DNA from: Vicugna vicugna
Lineage: Eukaryota
Reading direction: 5' to 3'
DNA length: 64,000 bases
Assembly (NCBI GenBank): GCA_013265495.1
Contig: MU058531.1
Location: forward strand, 2,356,911 to 2,420,910
The notes under the pieces are model-generated. The model was not told where the DNA came from. It made no database searches and worked only from the letters and a program-made list of their open reading frames with translations. Below are positions 12,795 to 25,440 of the stretch, piece by piece; the stretch's first letter is position 1, and the number at the start of each line of letters is the position of its first letter. Both the position numbers and the translations under genes were made by a program.

Positions 12795-13305
12795 GTGGCA
12801 GTAGTGTGGAAGACACTCTGGTTGACCTCATGATCTCTAGTCTCCAGGTGGATTCCTCACTAACAGATCTCCTGTTGTGTTTAGAGCAGCAGTGTGCTCA
12901 TTTACCTGCTCAGAATCCTTTAAAGCTAGGTGGCCACAACCCAGGTCTGGCCAAAGAGATACAGGTAGAAGTTTCCCATGTGGAGCTTCCAGGAAGCCAC
13001 TGTTTTCCTGGACTCAAAGAAATGAGTCCAATTGGCACATGCATTTTGCCTTTTCCTTTCTTTCTGCCTAGAGTATGGATACCATGTTGGAGGGGCAGCA
13101 GCCCAGCCTTCCATTCTGAGAAGGAAAGTCAGGCACTAAGAGTGGCATAGAAAGAAGCTAGAAGGAGCCTGGGACCTTGTTGACTTCCTTAAACAGCTGC
13201 CTGAGCTTTACCTCAAAACTTCTCTTATGAGAGAAAGAGAAAACCTCTATTTGGTTAAGCACGATGGTCAGTTATTTTCAGTTATGTAAAATCCTAACTG
13301 ATGCA
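12795..13305 (+). mobile_element. Ancient ERVL/MaLR solo LTR (MLT1J/K/L- or LTR33-like)
   Basis: tctggccaaagagat...gaaggagcctgggacc...ctctatttggttaagc...cctaactgatgca. Confidence 0.65.
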
Positions 13306-13479
13306 AATGTAAAACAGAGGAAAATATGAAATTTTTAGGCTTCAAGAAAACCTTAACATATCTTGAAGATACTGGCAGTGAAACGTACCAGGCTTGGGTC
13401 TTTTTGCCGAGCTTGGGTCTATCCAGATTTGTCAGTGATTGCTCGAATCTTTTCCTTCCTTCCTTCTTTCTTCCCTTTT

Positions 13480-14322
13480 TAAACAAATTTTGTTGAGCTG
13501 CTCCTCTACTGTCTGTGTGTTGAACATGTAACAGTCAGCCAAATAGGTGTGATTTCTGCCCTCAAATAATCATGCAGATACATAATTATAAAACAATCTA
13601 AAGACAATGAAAGGAAATACAGGAAACGATGAGAACATTGGTTCTGGACCACATCTGGTCTGGGGAGGCTTCTCTGAGGAGCTGAGGTCTGAGCTGAGAC
13701 TAGAAGGATGAGCCACCGGAGTTTACTAGGCAAAGGCGGTGGATGAGTGAAAGAAAGAGACAGCAAGAAAGGCCCCAGGGCTGTGGAGAGCAAGGCACTT
13801 TTGAGGAACTGAAAGTCATACCCTGTGACTGAAATATTGAGAAGAAGGAAGAAAATAACACCAAATTAGGCTGGTGAGGTAAAAGGGCCAGATAACGTAG
13901 GGCCCTGTGGTCGTTTATATTAAGGGCTTGGGTTTTTAATCCTAAGAACAATGGAAAGTCTTTGAAGATCCTAAACCTGTAGGGATGACCTGGCCAGATT
14001 CAAGTTAAAAAACCCGAATTCTGTTCTATCCACATGACCTAAAGTGGATTGGAGCTATGAGGCTGGAGTTAAAGTGGGGAGCCTGGTTAGAATACGAGAT
14101 GGAAGATGGTGGGTAAAGTGAGAAATGATGACAGTTTGGATTTAGGGGGTGGCAGTGGAGATGAAGGGAAATTGTGGGATTTAAATACCATTGAGGGGGT
14201 GGAGGAGTAATAGCTCAGGGGTAGAGTGCCTGCTTAGCATGCATGAAGTCCTGAGTTCAGTCCCCAGTACCTCCACCAAACAAATAAACCAACAAATTGA
14301 GGGGCATGGATGGGAAGCTCTT

Positions 14323-14360
<38 letters not shown>

Positions 14361-15180
14361 CCACTGAGAAAGTAAAATCAATGAGACCTGGTGATGGATT
14401 AGACACAGAGGTTGATAGGTGCGAGAGTTCAAGGAAGACTCCTAGATTCTAACTTGCAGAACCGGATGGCTGGTTGGAGGGTAGGTGGCATTTGCTGAGA
14501 CGGAAAGCCTTAGGAGACCTGGGTTGGGTGGGGTGCATTATGATGAGTTTTCACTGGACACACTGAGGGTAAGGGGCCTTGAGATACCTCTGTGGATATG
14601 TCACATAAGCAGGGGTGAGGAGAGGTCCAGGCTGGAGGTATCAGTGTGTGGGTGGTGGATGAATTTATAGATCATGAGATCAATGAAGGAGAGAAGACAG
14701 AGTGAAAAGAGAAGGAGGCTTAGGATCAAGTTGATATAAAGATGAATAACCTTGTTCTCATCCTCAAGAAGCTTGTGACTTGGCAGAGGTGACGAGCTAC
14801 ATACATATATAATTAAAGCATAGACAGAAAAGGATTTGTTTCTTACCAGTGGCATGAGTGAGGCGTTCAGAGGAGGGAGGGAAACACTATTATCAGCTGA
14901 AGGCATCAGAGACTGTTTCAAGGAGAAGTATTTAAGAACATCTTTGCTAGATAGCTAGAGTAAAGTGAGGTTGATGAGGGCAGGAATGGGCTTCCTTCTG
15001 GGTGGAGAGAATGGCTGGACAAATAGTTTGAAGGCTGAGAAGCAAGACACATTGGGGGAACGTCAGGATTTTCAGTTTATCGAGAGATGGGGTAGAAGCA
15101 GGGGAGTCAGGAAAAGATGAGTTGGAGCCAGACTGAGGAAGGCAGTAAATGCCAGGCTGAGGTACTGTAGGAGTGGGGTA
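13480..15180 (-). mobile_element. L2 LINE fragments
   Basis: aggcttctctgaggagctgaggtctgagctgagac...gtggcagtggagatgaaggg...tgagttttcactggacaca. Confidence 0.75.
14196..14354 (+). mobile_element. tRNA-Ala-derived SINE with (TAAC)n tail, inserted in L2
   Basis: tagctcaggggtagagtgcctgcttagcatgcatgaagtcctgagttcagtccccagtacctcc; degenerate TSD taaataccattgag / taactaccactgag. Confidence 0.85.
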
Positions 15181-15899
15181 CTAACTAAGGTTTGCATGTA
15201 TGTGGAGAGGGTGACATGTGGAAACAGCAGTTCCATTCGGGGGTGGAAGGCACTGGGGAGGACAGATGCTGGAAAAGGGGACACCAGACAGGAGGCTGGG
15301 GTGGAGGTGGTTTGAATTCAGTGACTGACCCTACTCAGCTGGTTAGCTCAAATGAAAAGGAGATTTATTTTTTAAAATGTAGGAAAATCTCATGAAATGC
15401 AATCCAGAAGTCCAACTGGCTCCCAGGAGATGGGTGATTGTCAGGCTCTCCCCATGCCTGGAGGCACGTGGTCTCCTGCCTTTTCTCCTCTCGGAACCCT
15501 TGTAGTCTTTTCAGACCAGCTTTCTCTGTGAGGCTCTTGGCTTCCCTTCGCCATGGTCTGTAGGGGGCTTGGGCTGCCATGGCTCACTCTGACCTGAGTC
15601 CACATTGTATCTGACAGCTCTGGAGCCCTCCAGTTCTGCCATAGTGTCTATAGTGATCATGTCATGAAGATATGCCATACCTTTGGGTGACAAAGTAGGC
15701 TCCAAATTGATATCCCAGTCACAATCAATACAATAATATGAAAGAGCTTCTGCCCACATTCCTTGTTGGTGGGAAATCATAGCATCTGTACAGATTTGCT
15801 GGGCATGATTTGACTCAGAGTGTTTCCACATTTGTGTAATGATAGGTTATCATCTGCTCCCAGAATGAGAACAGGGACCATGTTTGTCTTGTCTGCCGC

Positions 15900-16421
15900 T
15901 GTGTCTATTGCTATATAACTGATCACTCCAAAACTTGATGGCTTACAACAACAATGAATATTTATTATTTCACAGTTTTTGTGGGTCAGGAATCTGGGAG
16001 AAGCTTGGCTGGGTGGCTCTGGCTTGGGGTCTCATGAAGCTGCAATCAAGGTGTTGCTGGGGCTGCATCATCTGAGGCCTGACTAAAGCTGGAGGACCCG
16101 CTTCCAAGATGGCTCCCTCACATGGCTGTTGGCAGGAGGCCTCAGTTCCTCAACACATGGACCTTTTCCAAAGGGCTGCTTGAGTGTCCTAACAACATGG
16201 CAGCTGGTTTTCCCCAGAGTGAGTGATCTGAGAGAACAAGGAGGAAGCCACATTATGTTTTATGACCTAGTCTCAGAAGTCATCCTGTCACTTTTGCCAC
16301 ATTCGATTTGTTAGAAATGAGTCACTAAGTCTGGCTCACACTCAATAGAAAAAGTAAATTCCTTCATTTGAAGGGAGAACTGTAAAAAAAAAAATTGTAG
16401 ATACATTTTAAAACCACCACA
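15900..16421 (-). mobile_element. MLT1F-like MaLR solo LTR inserted in an L2 3' end
   Basis: Ends ...ttttaaaaccaccaca (reverse of LTR start); ccaagatggctccctcacatggctgttggcaggaggcctcagttcc. L2 tail resumes at ~16430-16490. Confidence 0.85.
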
Positions 16422-16795
16422 TCCACCATAACTTCAGCACCTGGTTCAGTGCCCAACACACAGGAGGTGCTTAATAAAGGCTTGTGAAAAGAATGATTAT
16501 TTCATTTTCTAAACTCGGAGTCACTAGAGCTGAGACAGTGGCACTAAGGCAGGCAGTCATGCTGAGGAATGCCCATTTGAGGCTTCATTCAGCTTCAATA
16601 TATTCTACTAGGTTATCCCATCAGCAAAAGGGCCATTTTGAGAAATTGCCTGGCCATTCAAACAACAAGTGAGCCCCTGGGATTCCTTCCAGAATTGGCA
16701 CAAAACTGGAAGAAGAGCTACGAGGTCGCAGAGATACATGGGAGTTAAGTTTTCCTAGTGAATTAGAATTGTAAATGAATATTTATAACAGGGAC

Positions 16796-16796
<1 letters not shown>

Positions 16797-16853
<57 letters not shown>

Positions 16854-16860
16854 TATTATT
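16797..16860. repeat. (TTA)n microsatellite
   Basis: About 20 near-perfect units. Confidence 0.97.
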
Positions 16861-17056
16861 CGAGGAGCAGCTACTTTACATTTCTTTAAGTCCTTGAGAT
16901 CGCCGATGTATATCAGATCAAGTAGATTCAGGTCAGAGTGGGTGCTTGGGAGCCCAAACTCCACACAAACCACGGTGGAGGAAGAGCAGAATGATGTTAT
17001 TTAATACAGTTTTTAAAATCCCTGAGAGCTTCCAAGAGGAAAGAGGGGAGTGGTAG

Positions 17057-17437
17057 GTGTGGCAGCCATGGATGTGTGCCCCTCAGCTCTCGCTTCAGGG
17101 AAGAGCCTGGCTTGCAGCTTTCAGTTTGTGCAGCACCTCTGGCCTTCACCACCGCAGTTTCAAGCTGAGACCGTGCTCTTCCCGGGCAGCCCCCAGCCAA
17201 TGACAAAGCACCTCACTCTTTCTGCATAATGTGCACCTTCTGGAAAGAGCAATCTTTGTGCTCCAAAGCCCCGCATGGAGGTGGCTGAGACTTGGTCAGA
17301 TCTGTATTGTGATCTGAAGCCCTCTCTGACCAATTCTGCAGCCTCCTCCTTTACCTTCTGTAGGCCTCTCACTGGCCCTGGTAACCTCTCGCACTCCTAA
17401 CTCCATCTCAGCATCCTGGAGGACCCAAATGGACACA
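17057..17437 (+). mobile_element. LTR16A-like ERVL solo LTR
   Basis: tgtggcagccatggatgtgtgcccctcag...gctcttcccgggcagcccccagccaatgac...ggaggacccaa. Confidence 0.7.
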
Positions 17438-17499
17438 GTAGGAATGGTGCAGAGGGCAGTGGCCCTGGTCATTATGGAGCTTGCCTAAGTGAAGGACAG

Positions 17500-17705
17500 T
17501 AGAGTGCAGTGATTCAAGTGCAAATGGGCCTGGGTTTGAGCCTGACTATGCTACCTACTAGCTTTGGGATATTGGGCAAATAACAAACTCTTTATCTCTC
17601 AGTTTCTCTGTTGAGAAGATGGAGATGATCATACAAATCTACCTCTGAGATTTGCTGGGAGGATTAAATAGGCTCATTCTTACAAAGTGCTCAGCATCGT
17701 GTGTG
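17500..17705 (+). mobile_element. MIR
   Basis: cctgggtttgagcctgac...ctcagtttctc...gaggattaaat...aaagtgctcagca. Confidence 0.75.
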
Positions 17706-17760
17706 ACTGAGTTGGGCAAAGTTCTTAGCTATAAGCAACAGAAGCTGACTCGGGTTGATT

Positions 17761-17990
17761 TTTTTTAAAACAACTTTATTGTGGTATAATTCCTATACAG
17801 TAAACTACACATATTTCAGATGTCCAGTTTGATGGATTTGATAGATGTATACATCTATGAAACCACTGCCACAATCAAGACAGCTAACATTTCCATCACT
17901 CCCCAAGAGATGCAAATTTTGAATTCCCAATTTATCCTTTCCCAACCCCCTTACCCGCTGGTAGCCATAAGTTTGTTTTCTATGTCTGTG
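17761..17990 (-). mobile_element. Short chimeric L1 3'-end insertion inside an old MaLR-like LTR (~17705-18280)
   Basis: 15-bp TSD tgactcgggttgatt (17746-17760) / tgactcaggttgatt (17991-18005); poly-T, then aataaa on the minus strand. Confidence 0.8.
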
Positions 17991-18299
17991 TGACTCAGGT
18001 TGATTGAAACAGAAAAAGAATTTGGGCAAGCTCTTTTTCAAAAGAATCAAGAAGACAGTGGGCAACTCCCAGAATCCCCAGAGAGGCTGGGGAGGCAGCT
18101 TAGAAAAACAGAAACAAGGGCAGCAGCCAGGGCCTTAGTCAAAATCCTGCTACAAAATCCACTGCCTCCCCTATGGCCCTGCCATGGCCATTGCCAGCTG
18201 TGGACCCCAGACTCTGCCCCTGGCTTTGCTGCCACCGCTGTGTGGACATGTGGTGGCAGGCCAGCCTGGCCATCAGAATGGCTTCTTTGTGATCCTCGA

Positions 18300-18610
18300 G
18301 ATCTTTTCTCCCTTCCCCCTCTCCTTTCCTCTTCCCCTGCTATTTCTCCTTCCCCCTCCTCTTGCCCCTCCCCCTCCTCCTTTTCTCCTCCTCCTCCTAC
18401 TGCTCTGTCTCTCTCTCTCATCTTTATCTCTAACTCCATCATCTCTATCTCCCCTTCTCGCTTCCTCTTCCTCTGCATCCTCCTCTTCCCCTCCCCTCCC
18501 CCTCCTCCTCCTTCTTCTCCTCCTCCTCCTCCCCTCTCTCTTTCTCTCTCTCATCTCCATCATCTCTGTCTCTATTTCTCCTTCTATTTCTTCCCTCTCC
18601 ACTACCTCAT
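18300..18610. repeat. C/T-rich low-complexity polypyrimidine tract
   Basis: (CCT)n and (CT)n runs. Confidence 0.9.
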
Positions 18611-18719
18611 TGTCCTTGTCAAAGAGCTGTACCAAATCATTAAAAAAAAAATGTGACCCAATGATCTCTCTTTAATTTCCTTTCTATCTCCTTCTTTCCT
18701 TCCCTAAACTTCTGAAAAA

Positions 18720-19960
18720 TCTGTTATTCTTCCTCACTTCTTATTCATTCCACTACAGGCTGGCTTCCATCTCTTTTACTCCACCGAAACTGCTCTTTCC
18801 AAAGTTGCCAATGACCTCTCTGTTGCCTGGCTGGAGGTCACCTTTTCTCTCTCTGACCTGACTTCTTGGGAACATTTGATTTGGTTGACTATGACCTCCC
18901 TTTGAAATTCTTTCCTGTTTTTGGCTTGGTGATGCCATAGTTTTCTGACTTTCCTCCTTTTTGGACCTCACCATCTTTTTTACCTCTGTGTTTATTCTCT
19001 GGGGCTGTGATAATAAAGTATTATAAACTAAGTGGCTTAAACAACAGAAATTTATTGTCTCATGGGTCTAGAGGCTTGAACATAGAGATCAAGATGTGAG
19101 CAAAGTTGCTTCTTATAAAAACATCACCCTGATCTCTGCCTTTGTTGTCTTATGGCATTCTCCCTGTGTGTATGCCTCTGTGTTGGAATCTTTTTTTATA
19201 AGGACACCAGTCTTATTGGATTAGCCTTCTCTCCCCCAGTGACCTCATCTTAACTAATTACATCTATAATGATCCTAGTTCCAAGTAAGGTCACATTCTG
19301 AAGTGCTGGGGGTTAGGACTTCAACATACGAATTTGGCTGAAGGGACACAGTTCAACCTATAACACCTTCTAAGCATTGCTTTCCCCTGATCTCATCTTT
19401 AGTTCTCCCTGAGAAGCTTCATCCAAACCCATGGCTTTAACTACTGCACCACCTCTACAGTGAGGATAGATACCCAAAAACTGAACCTCTCCCATTGAGT
19501 TCTGGAGGGGATGGATCAATTACCCAGTGGACAAATTTGGAGATTCACAAGTCTCTTTAAATTCATAATGTCCCAAACTGAATTTATCTTTTCCTCAAGC
19601 TGCTCCTTTTCCTGAGTTTCCTATCCCAGAGATGGGCTCTGTCATCCACCTCACTCCTCCGGCCTACCCTGGAAATTATCCTGGAGACTTGCTCTAGCTT
19701 ACAGACTTTCAGTCTCCAAGTGCTGTCAGTTCTACTTCTTCAATAGCTATTGCATGGCTCATTTCCTCTTTTTTCCCCATTATCACTTCCTTGGTTTAGT
19801 TTGCATCTCTTTTAACTTGAATTATTATGATTAATGATAACAATAACAAGCATTTATTGAGTGCTTATTGTATGCCAGGCCTTTTCATAAGATGCCTTCT
19901 AGTCTCACCCCTTTTCCATCCATCCTGACTCCAGAAAGACTGCTCTAAACACAGATGTAG
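18720..19960 (+). mobile_element. L2 LINE fragment, interrupted by an MLT1 LTR
   Basis: ctccaccgaaactgctctttccaaagttgccaatgacctc...ccatggctttaacta...atgtcccaaactgaa. Confidence 0.7.
18987..19365 (-). mobile_element. MLT1B/C-like MaLR solo LTR
   Basis: tggcttaaacaacagaaatttattgtctca...ataaggacaccagtc...aaggtcacattctga...ggttaggacttcaacata. Confidence 0.85.
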
Positions 19961-20169
19961 CAGGTGTAAATACTTAGTCCCCAAAATGCAGATGATCAAG
20001 AAAAATATAACTTTTTTCCCTATAATTCAGCTTAATGATTATTTTAAACTTTCATTCTGTCTGATGGTAGAAAACATAATCTCAGATAATTATGAGTGAG
20101 TAAGTAATTCCTGCACTATGCTTTTTCATTTATTATTTCTTAATATTATAATTCTTACTACTACTACTA

Positions 20170-20570
20170 ACAACATTATTTTTCTTGGCAGCATAGTATT
20201 CCACAATATGAATATACTAAAACTTTTAACCAGGTCCCTATTTATAAAGCTTTAGATCATTTACATTCTTTGCTATTACAAAATCTTTGTGATACATCTT
20301 TGCATAAATGTGCCAGTATAAGTGAAGGATAAATTCACTGAAATGGAAATCCTGGATTGAAGATTACGTACACTTAAATTTTGATAGCTATTGCTAAGTT
20401 GCCCTCCAAAGAGCTTGTACCAATTTACATTCCCACAAATAGCATATGAAAATGCCTGTTTCCACTCATAAGTGCCAACAGTGGGTATTATAAAACTTTT
20501 AAATATTTGCTATATTTTGTATTAATTGTATTTCTTTAATTATAGTGAAGGTGAGCATTTTTTCATCATA
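20170..20570 (-). mobile_element. Ancient L1ME fragment
   Basis: gcatagtattcca...ttgccctccaaagagcttgtaccaatttacattcccac. Confidence 0.65.
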
Positions 20571-20772
20571 TACTATTTTAAGTCTTTTTTCCTCTTCTTA
20601 ATTTAACATGGATATATTTTCATCACTCCAGATATATTTTTAAACGTTTAACTTCTAGTTACAAACTGATAAGACCACACTAGACAGACTCTTTCTTGGA
20701 ATAAGAATAAAATGTAAGAATTCTTAGGTGAATTCTAAGCCTTAGAATAAACAACAAGACAAGAGCTTAAGC

Positions 20773-21092
20773 CAGCAGTGCCCCAAAGAAATACAATGTA
20801 AATCACAAATGCATGTTCTGTATATAATTTTAGATTTTTTCTAATATCACATTAAAAAGTAAAAAGAAACAGATGAAAGTAATTCAATATTTTCACCCAG
20901 TATATGCAAAATAGTATCATTTCAATATGTAATCTGTGTAAAATTATTGAGATATTTTGCATTTTTTTTTTGTTCTAAGTCTTTTCAATCCAGTGTGTAT
21001 TTTGCACTTACAGTGCACCTCAGTTCGACTAGCCACATTTGAAGTGTTCTGCATCCCCATATGGCTAGTGGACTATTCTATTGAACAGTAAA
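20773..21092. mobile_element. MER33-like hAT-Charlie element
   Basis: cacattaaaaagtaaaaagaaacag...gactagccacatttgaagtg...atggctagtgg. Confidence 0.75.
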
Positions 21093-23664
21093 GATAAGCA
21101 GTGGTAAAGAGACTTTTCAGTGTGTAGCACCCAAACAGCTTAAAATTGCGCATGACCAACTTGCCTAGCTCTGGGGGGCCAAGTTCAGTGTCTTTTATAG
21201 AGAAGGTACTCAAAGTTTATTTTTCTAATTGAGTTTTTTTTTATTTTTTCAATTGAATGTTCGTACTTGTTTCATGTAGATAATGGTCGAAATACCTCAT
21301 TGTAGCAATGAATCATTTTGTTAGTCATGAAACAAAAAAAATTCATACATTTTACTTTGTTTCTCAGAAATGAGAGATGTTTTAAGAATGTGTTTTCATA
21401 ATATTTGCCAAAATTTTCATCACACAATAGTTTTTTTTTTTCCTCTTCCTTTTGGACAATTGTTGAGTTGATGAAGCTTTTAAGATAGGTAAGAACAGAT
21501 GTGTTAACTCAGTTTGGGAAAGCAAAAACAATTGTACTTGAAGAGCAGCCCTCAGGGAAGTGACAGTCGCCCAGGGGTGTTTGAATCCAGTTTTAGGAAG
21601 TACTGAGTCTTCAGCAAACATTGTGATTGGGTTAAGAACCGTCAGAGTTTAGGCAATCTGACAGGCCTCCAGTGTCACAGTGCAGTTTTAGAACCAGGCT
21701 TCCTAACGTGACATTCCTTAAGAGGATTTACATTTTAATTATTTGCTCAAACTTGCCCCCAAAATTGGCCTCTTAGGCAAATGTTAATCCCATCTCCTTC
21801 TCTCTAATTGTAATACTCCAAAATCTAGCAGTTTCAGAAAGGAAAGAGAAGTGTTCTGTGAAGTTGTGTAAGTGCTTTATAATATGATGTGAGAAATAGG
21901 TTCTTTCCATTAAAATGGTATCAATGCTCAATTCAGACTTGGAGGCATTAGAAATGGAGTTGGAGATTACCAGCTGAAGTAGCCTGATACACCATCAAAT
22001 CCAATCCAATCCCTTTGTCTCACAAATTAGAAAACCGACTCAGGGAGGCAGAGACATTTGCTTTAAGGTCACATGCCTATGCAGAGGCCTAGATTTCAGA
22101 CTTTCTGATGTCTGGACCAATAGTTCAATAGTTCTCTTTAGTATGAATTATAACCAACATTTACTGAGCACTTGCTGAGTGCTAAACTCTGGCCTAAGTG
22201 CTTTTCATAAATGTCACCAATTCACAGAATCCTTGCGGTATAAAGTACTACAAATTAAAAAAAAACCATTACTCTTCTTTAATTTTTTTCCCTGAAACTT
22301 CATTTGCTTTCTTAAACAGAAGTTGCTGACGCACAAACCATTCTCTACTTCCAGGGTCAAAGTCTGCAAAAGACTCCTAGGTGTACTCCACTGGGCTGTG
22401 TTTTGACAGCGATTCACAACTCAAGCCCAGTGTATTCCTATTAAGGATGTGGAGAGGTTTGGAAGGCACAGCTTTCCCCCTCTTTTCCTTCCTTAGTTTG
22501 TACACTAATGATTTCTTCCCTCTCTTCCTTCTTTTTTTCCTCCTTTCTCTCTCTTCTCTCCCTCCTCCTCCTCCCTTCCTTCCATCCTATTATAGAAAGT
22601 GAGGTGTTAAGGACATTTTCTGTCAAGGTTCCAAACTCATTTTGATTTATCTTGGATATGTAGAATATTGGAAATGCAAGGGCCTTAGGCGTCATCTGAA
22701 GGGAAGAGGCCCTGAGAGGTAAAGGATTTTATATGAGGTCAATTGAGTGAGATTCTACCCTGGTCAGAAAGCTACTACATAGCAGGAGTCCAGTCAACCC
22801 CAACTTGGAAATCTGTTTGAAGAGCAAAGGCAATGATTGCTTGGCTCTGGAGATGTCATCCTTTTTTAATAATTTAATTCAGTCTCAGATCAGAAAGTTC
22901 TTCAGCTTCCCTTGGAGGAGGCCAAGATCCCTTATCAGGAGCCTCAGAATGAAAAACTCTAATCATACCCAGCACTTCAAAATCCCTGGAGTTGAGGGCC
23001 AGGTAGCCAGCAGGGCTTAGAGACAGCAGAGGTTAGGGCTTGAAAATACACACAAGAAGAGGAAACAGATTTTATTAATCTGTGCCTTAAATAAGCTCTT
23101 AAAATCACTAGATTGTGCAATAAAACCAACACATTAAGAAGACTTCAAGAGGGAGAGCTTGAAACTGGTTTTACACTTTGGAAGCCTGGGTTTCCAGATC
23201 CGCCATCCTCAGTGACAGGCTGGTAAGGTTCTCAACACCGGGCCAGTCACTTTTCCATCCCAGTGACTTCAGCAAAGGAACCTCCATAGTCAGTTTCTGG
23301 GCTTTAGTTTGGTCCCTTGTGAAAGAAGAGAAATGATCCACATGACTGCCAAGGTCCTATCTATATGCAAGAACCATGTGATTCTATAATCATATTAAAA
23401 TCATAAAAATTGACATGCAATTCAGTAGCTCATGAATTTTTTACCGTCCTGATTTTTTCCCACCCTAGTCTGTGACTTGGCTGAATAGCATGAATTTAGG
23501 GGGATACATTTGATGTCCCAAATTACTTGTAGGAGTTTTATCTCACAATTTTTTTCCCCCAAAGGATGTTAGGGCTGCTATATTTCTTTGAGATCCTTGC
23601 CTAAAAAACAGTCTAGAAGCAGACCACTTAGAGGTCAGCAGAGTTAGTAGAATGTTCCCCAGTG

Positions 23665-24190
23665 TGCTCAGAATAAATCCAAACTCTTTCATGTGGCCTT
23701 AAGGCCCCACCTGATCTGGCCCCTCTTTACTTTCCAACCTCGTATCACACCCTCTCTTGCCCCATTTGATTTATTCTGGACACACAGGCCTTCCTTTAGC
23801 TCTCTAAAGGCACCAATCTCTTTCCCAGCTCAGGACGTGAACACAGGCTGTTTTATCTACTGGAGCTCTCTTCTCCCACTCTTGGTCAGCTTGGATGATT
23901 CAGGACTAAATATCCCCTCCCTCAGGGAGGTCTTCACTGACTACCTCCTCTCAGCTAAAATCTGGCTGCCCTGTCCTTTTTTTCTTCAGAGCACTCAGGA
24001 TAATTTGTGACTTATAGTGACATATATAGTTGTATGTTTTCTTCAATATCTGCCTCCCTAACTAGACTGGAAAGTCCTTGAAGGCAGGGGCTATCTCTCT
24101 CTCTCTCTCTCTTTTTTTGTTCACTATTGTATTTCTTAGCACCCAGTAGCCACTCAATAAATATTTGCTCAATTAGTGAACGAATGAATT
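23665..24190 (+). mobile_element. L2 3' end
   Basis: aataaatccaaactc...actagactggaaagtccttgaaggcaggg...cactcaataaatatttg...gaatgaat. Confidence 0.8.
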
Positions 24191-25214
24191 CATTTACAGA
24201 AAATTCCCAGCACCGTCAGCTCTTTCTGATTGTTTATGTATGACACAACCTAGGAGAACACTTAGTGAAACTGTCACTTTGACCCTGTTTTGGCATTGTG
24301 GAACCAGCTATTGGTCCTTCTAAATTGGCAACTGTTCCAGTATGTGTTTATTCAAGCTGAATCGGACTCTTTAATAACTCAGTAGAAACACCATTGAGCC
24401 AGTTCATGGAACCTCAGTTCTCTCAGTCTGAATTCTTGCTAAATTGCAGGGAAGTTCTCCCATCCAAGCAGATACCTGAGATTTTGAGTTTGAACTGTAA
24501 TATCCTGAAGAGAGAAAAGCAAGCAAATCCCGAGTGATTGATTTTGCCTGTGAATCAAAGTCACAATTAAGTCATATGTGGAATTGCCACATAGTCGCCT
24601 GACTGCAATTAGTTTTGCTTAGATGTTGCTGGGACTACATGAAAAAGGGGTTATTTATTAAGAACGGACTACTTCCTTTAAAATTCTGTAGCAATCATGC
24701 CTCTTTTTTTTTTTTTTTCCCTTCCAGTCCATGGAAAGTGTTATCTCAGGCAGCTTTGTGCAGGAAGTTGAGTTTATCACTTCCTCACAGTTGCAGTTTG
24801 TCTAGGACTTAACTACAGGCTATCAGATTACATCAAAATGTAGGCCTTTGTGTGTTTAACTCATCAAAGGAGTGGACCCTCAGGACTTGATATCACTTCA
24901 CTGCATATGCAGCCATGTAGCAAAACAAAGCCTATCTAACAGGACAGAACTATTTCTGTTGTGCGGCAGCTCCGTGAGCCCGAGCTTGCAGAAATGGTCG
25001 GGTTTCAGGTGTCTGCAGGGTTTCACTTCTTGTTTTTATATTCAGCTCTTTTTAGAATTGCAGTCATTTGCCTGGTTGTGTGCAAGGAAGGAAAACCCAA
25101 AATATTACCTACTGGGGAGGACAAAACTGCTCCAAGTCACAGCGTCACTTGGAGGCAGCACTCACCTTTACCTCTCATCATCTTGATTTTCACTTGACTT
25201 GTCAGAGTCGCTGC

Positions 25215-25440
25215 CGTCATACATAGTCTGGGCTTTGGAGTGAGGCACGTCTGGAGTTTGAATCTTGGCTCCTCTGGTTCCTGGCTGTGCAACCTTGGGC
25301 AAGTTATTTTACCTCTCTGAGCCTTGGTTTCCCAGTCTAAAAAATGGAGATCATAATAGCACTTGCCTTGTAGCCTTCTGATGTGGGATAAATGACATGG
25401 ATTAAATAATGTGTGAAAGGTGCTCGAGGAACGTGCCACC
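25215..25440 (+). mobile_element. MIR
   Basis: ggctttggagt...gtttgaatcttggctc...accttgggcaagtta...acctctctgagcct. Confidence 0.8.

Noticed and set aside
16755..16973. Poly-Asn ORF
   Set aside because: Translation of the (TTA)n microsatellite.
18000..18675. Overlapping ORFs of 120-218 aa
   Set aside because: Produced by the stop-poor C/T low-complexity tract; compositionally biased with no domain.
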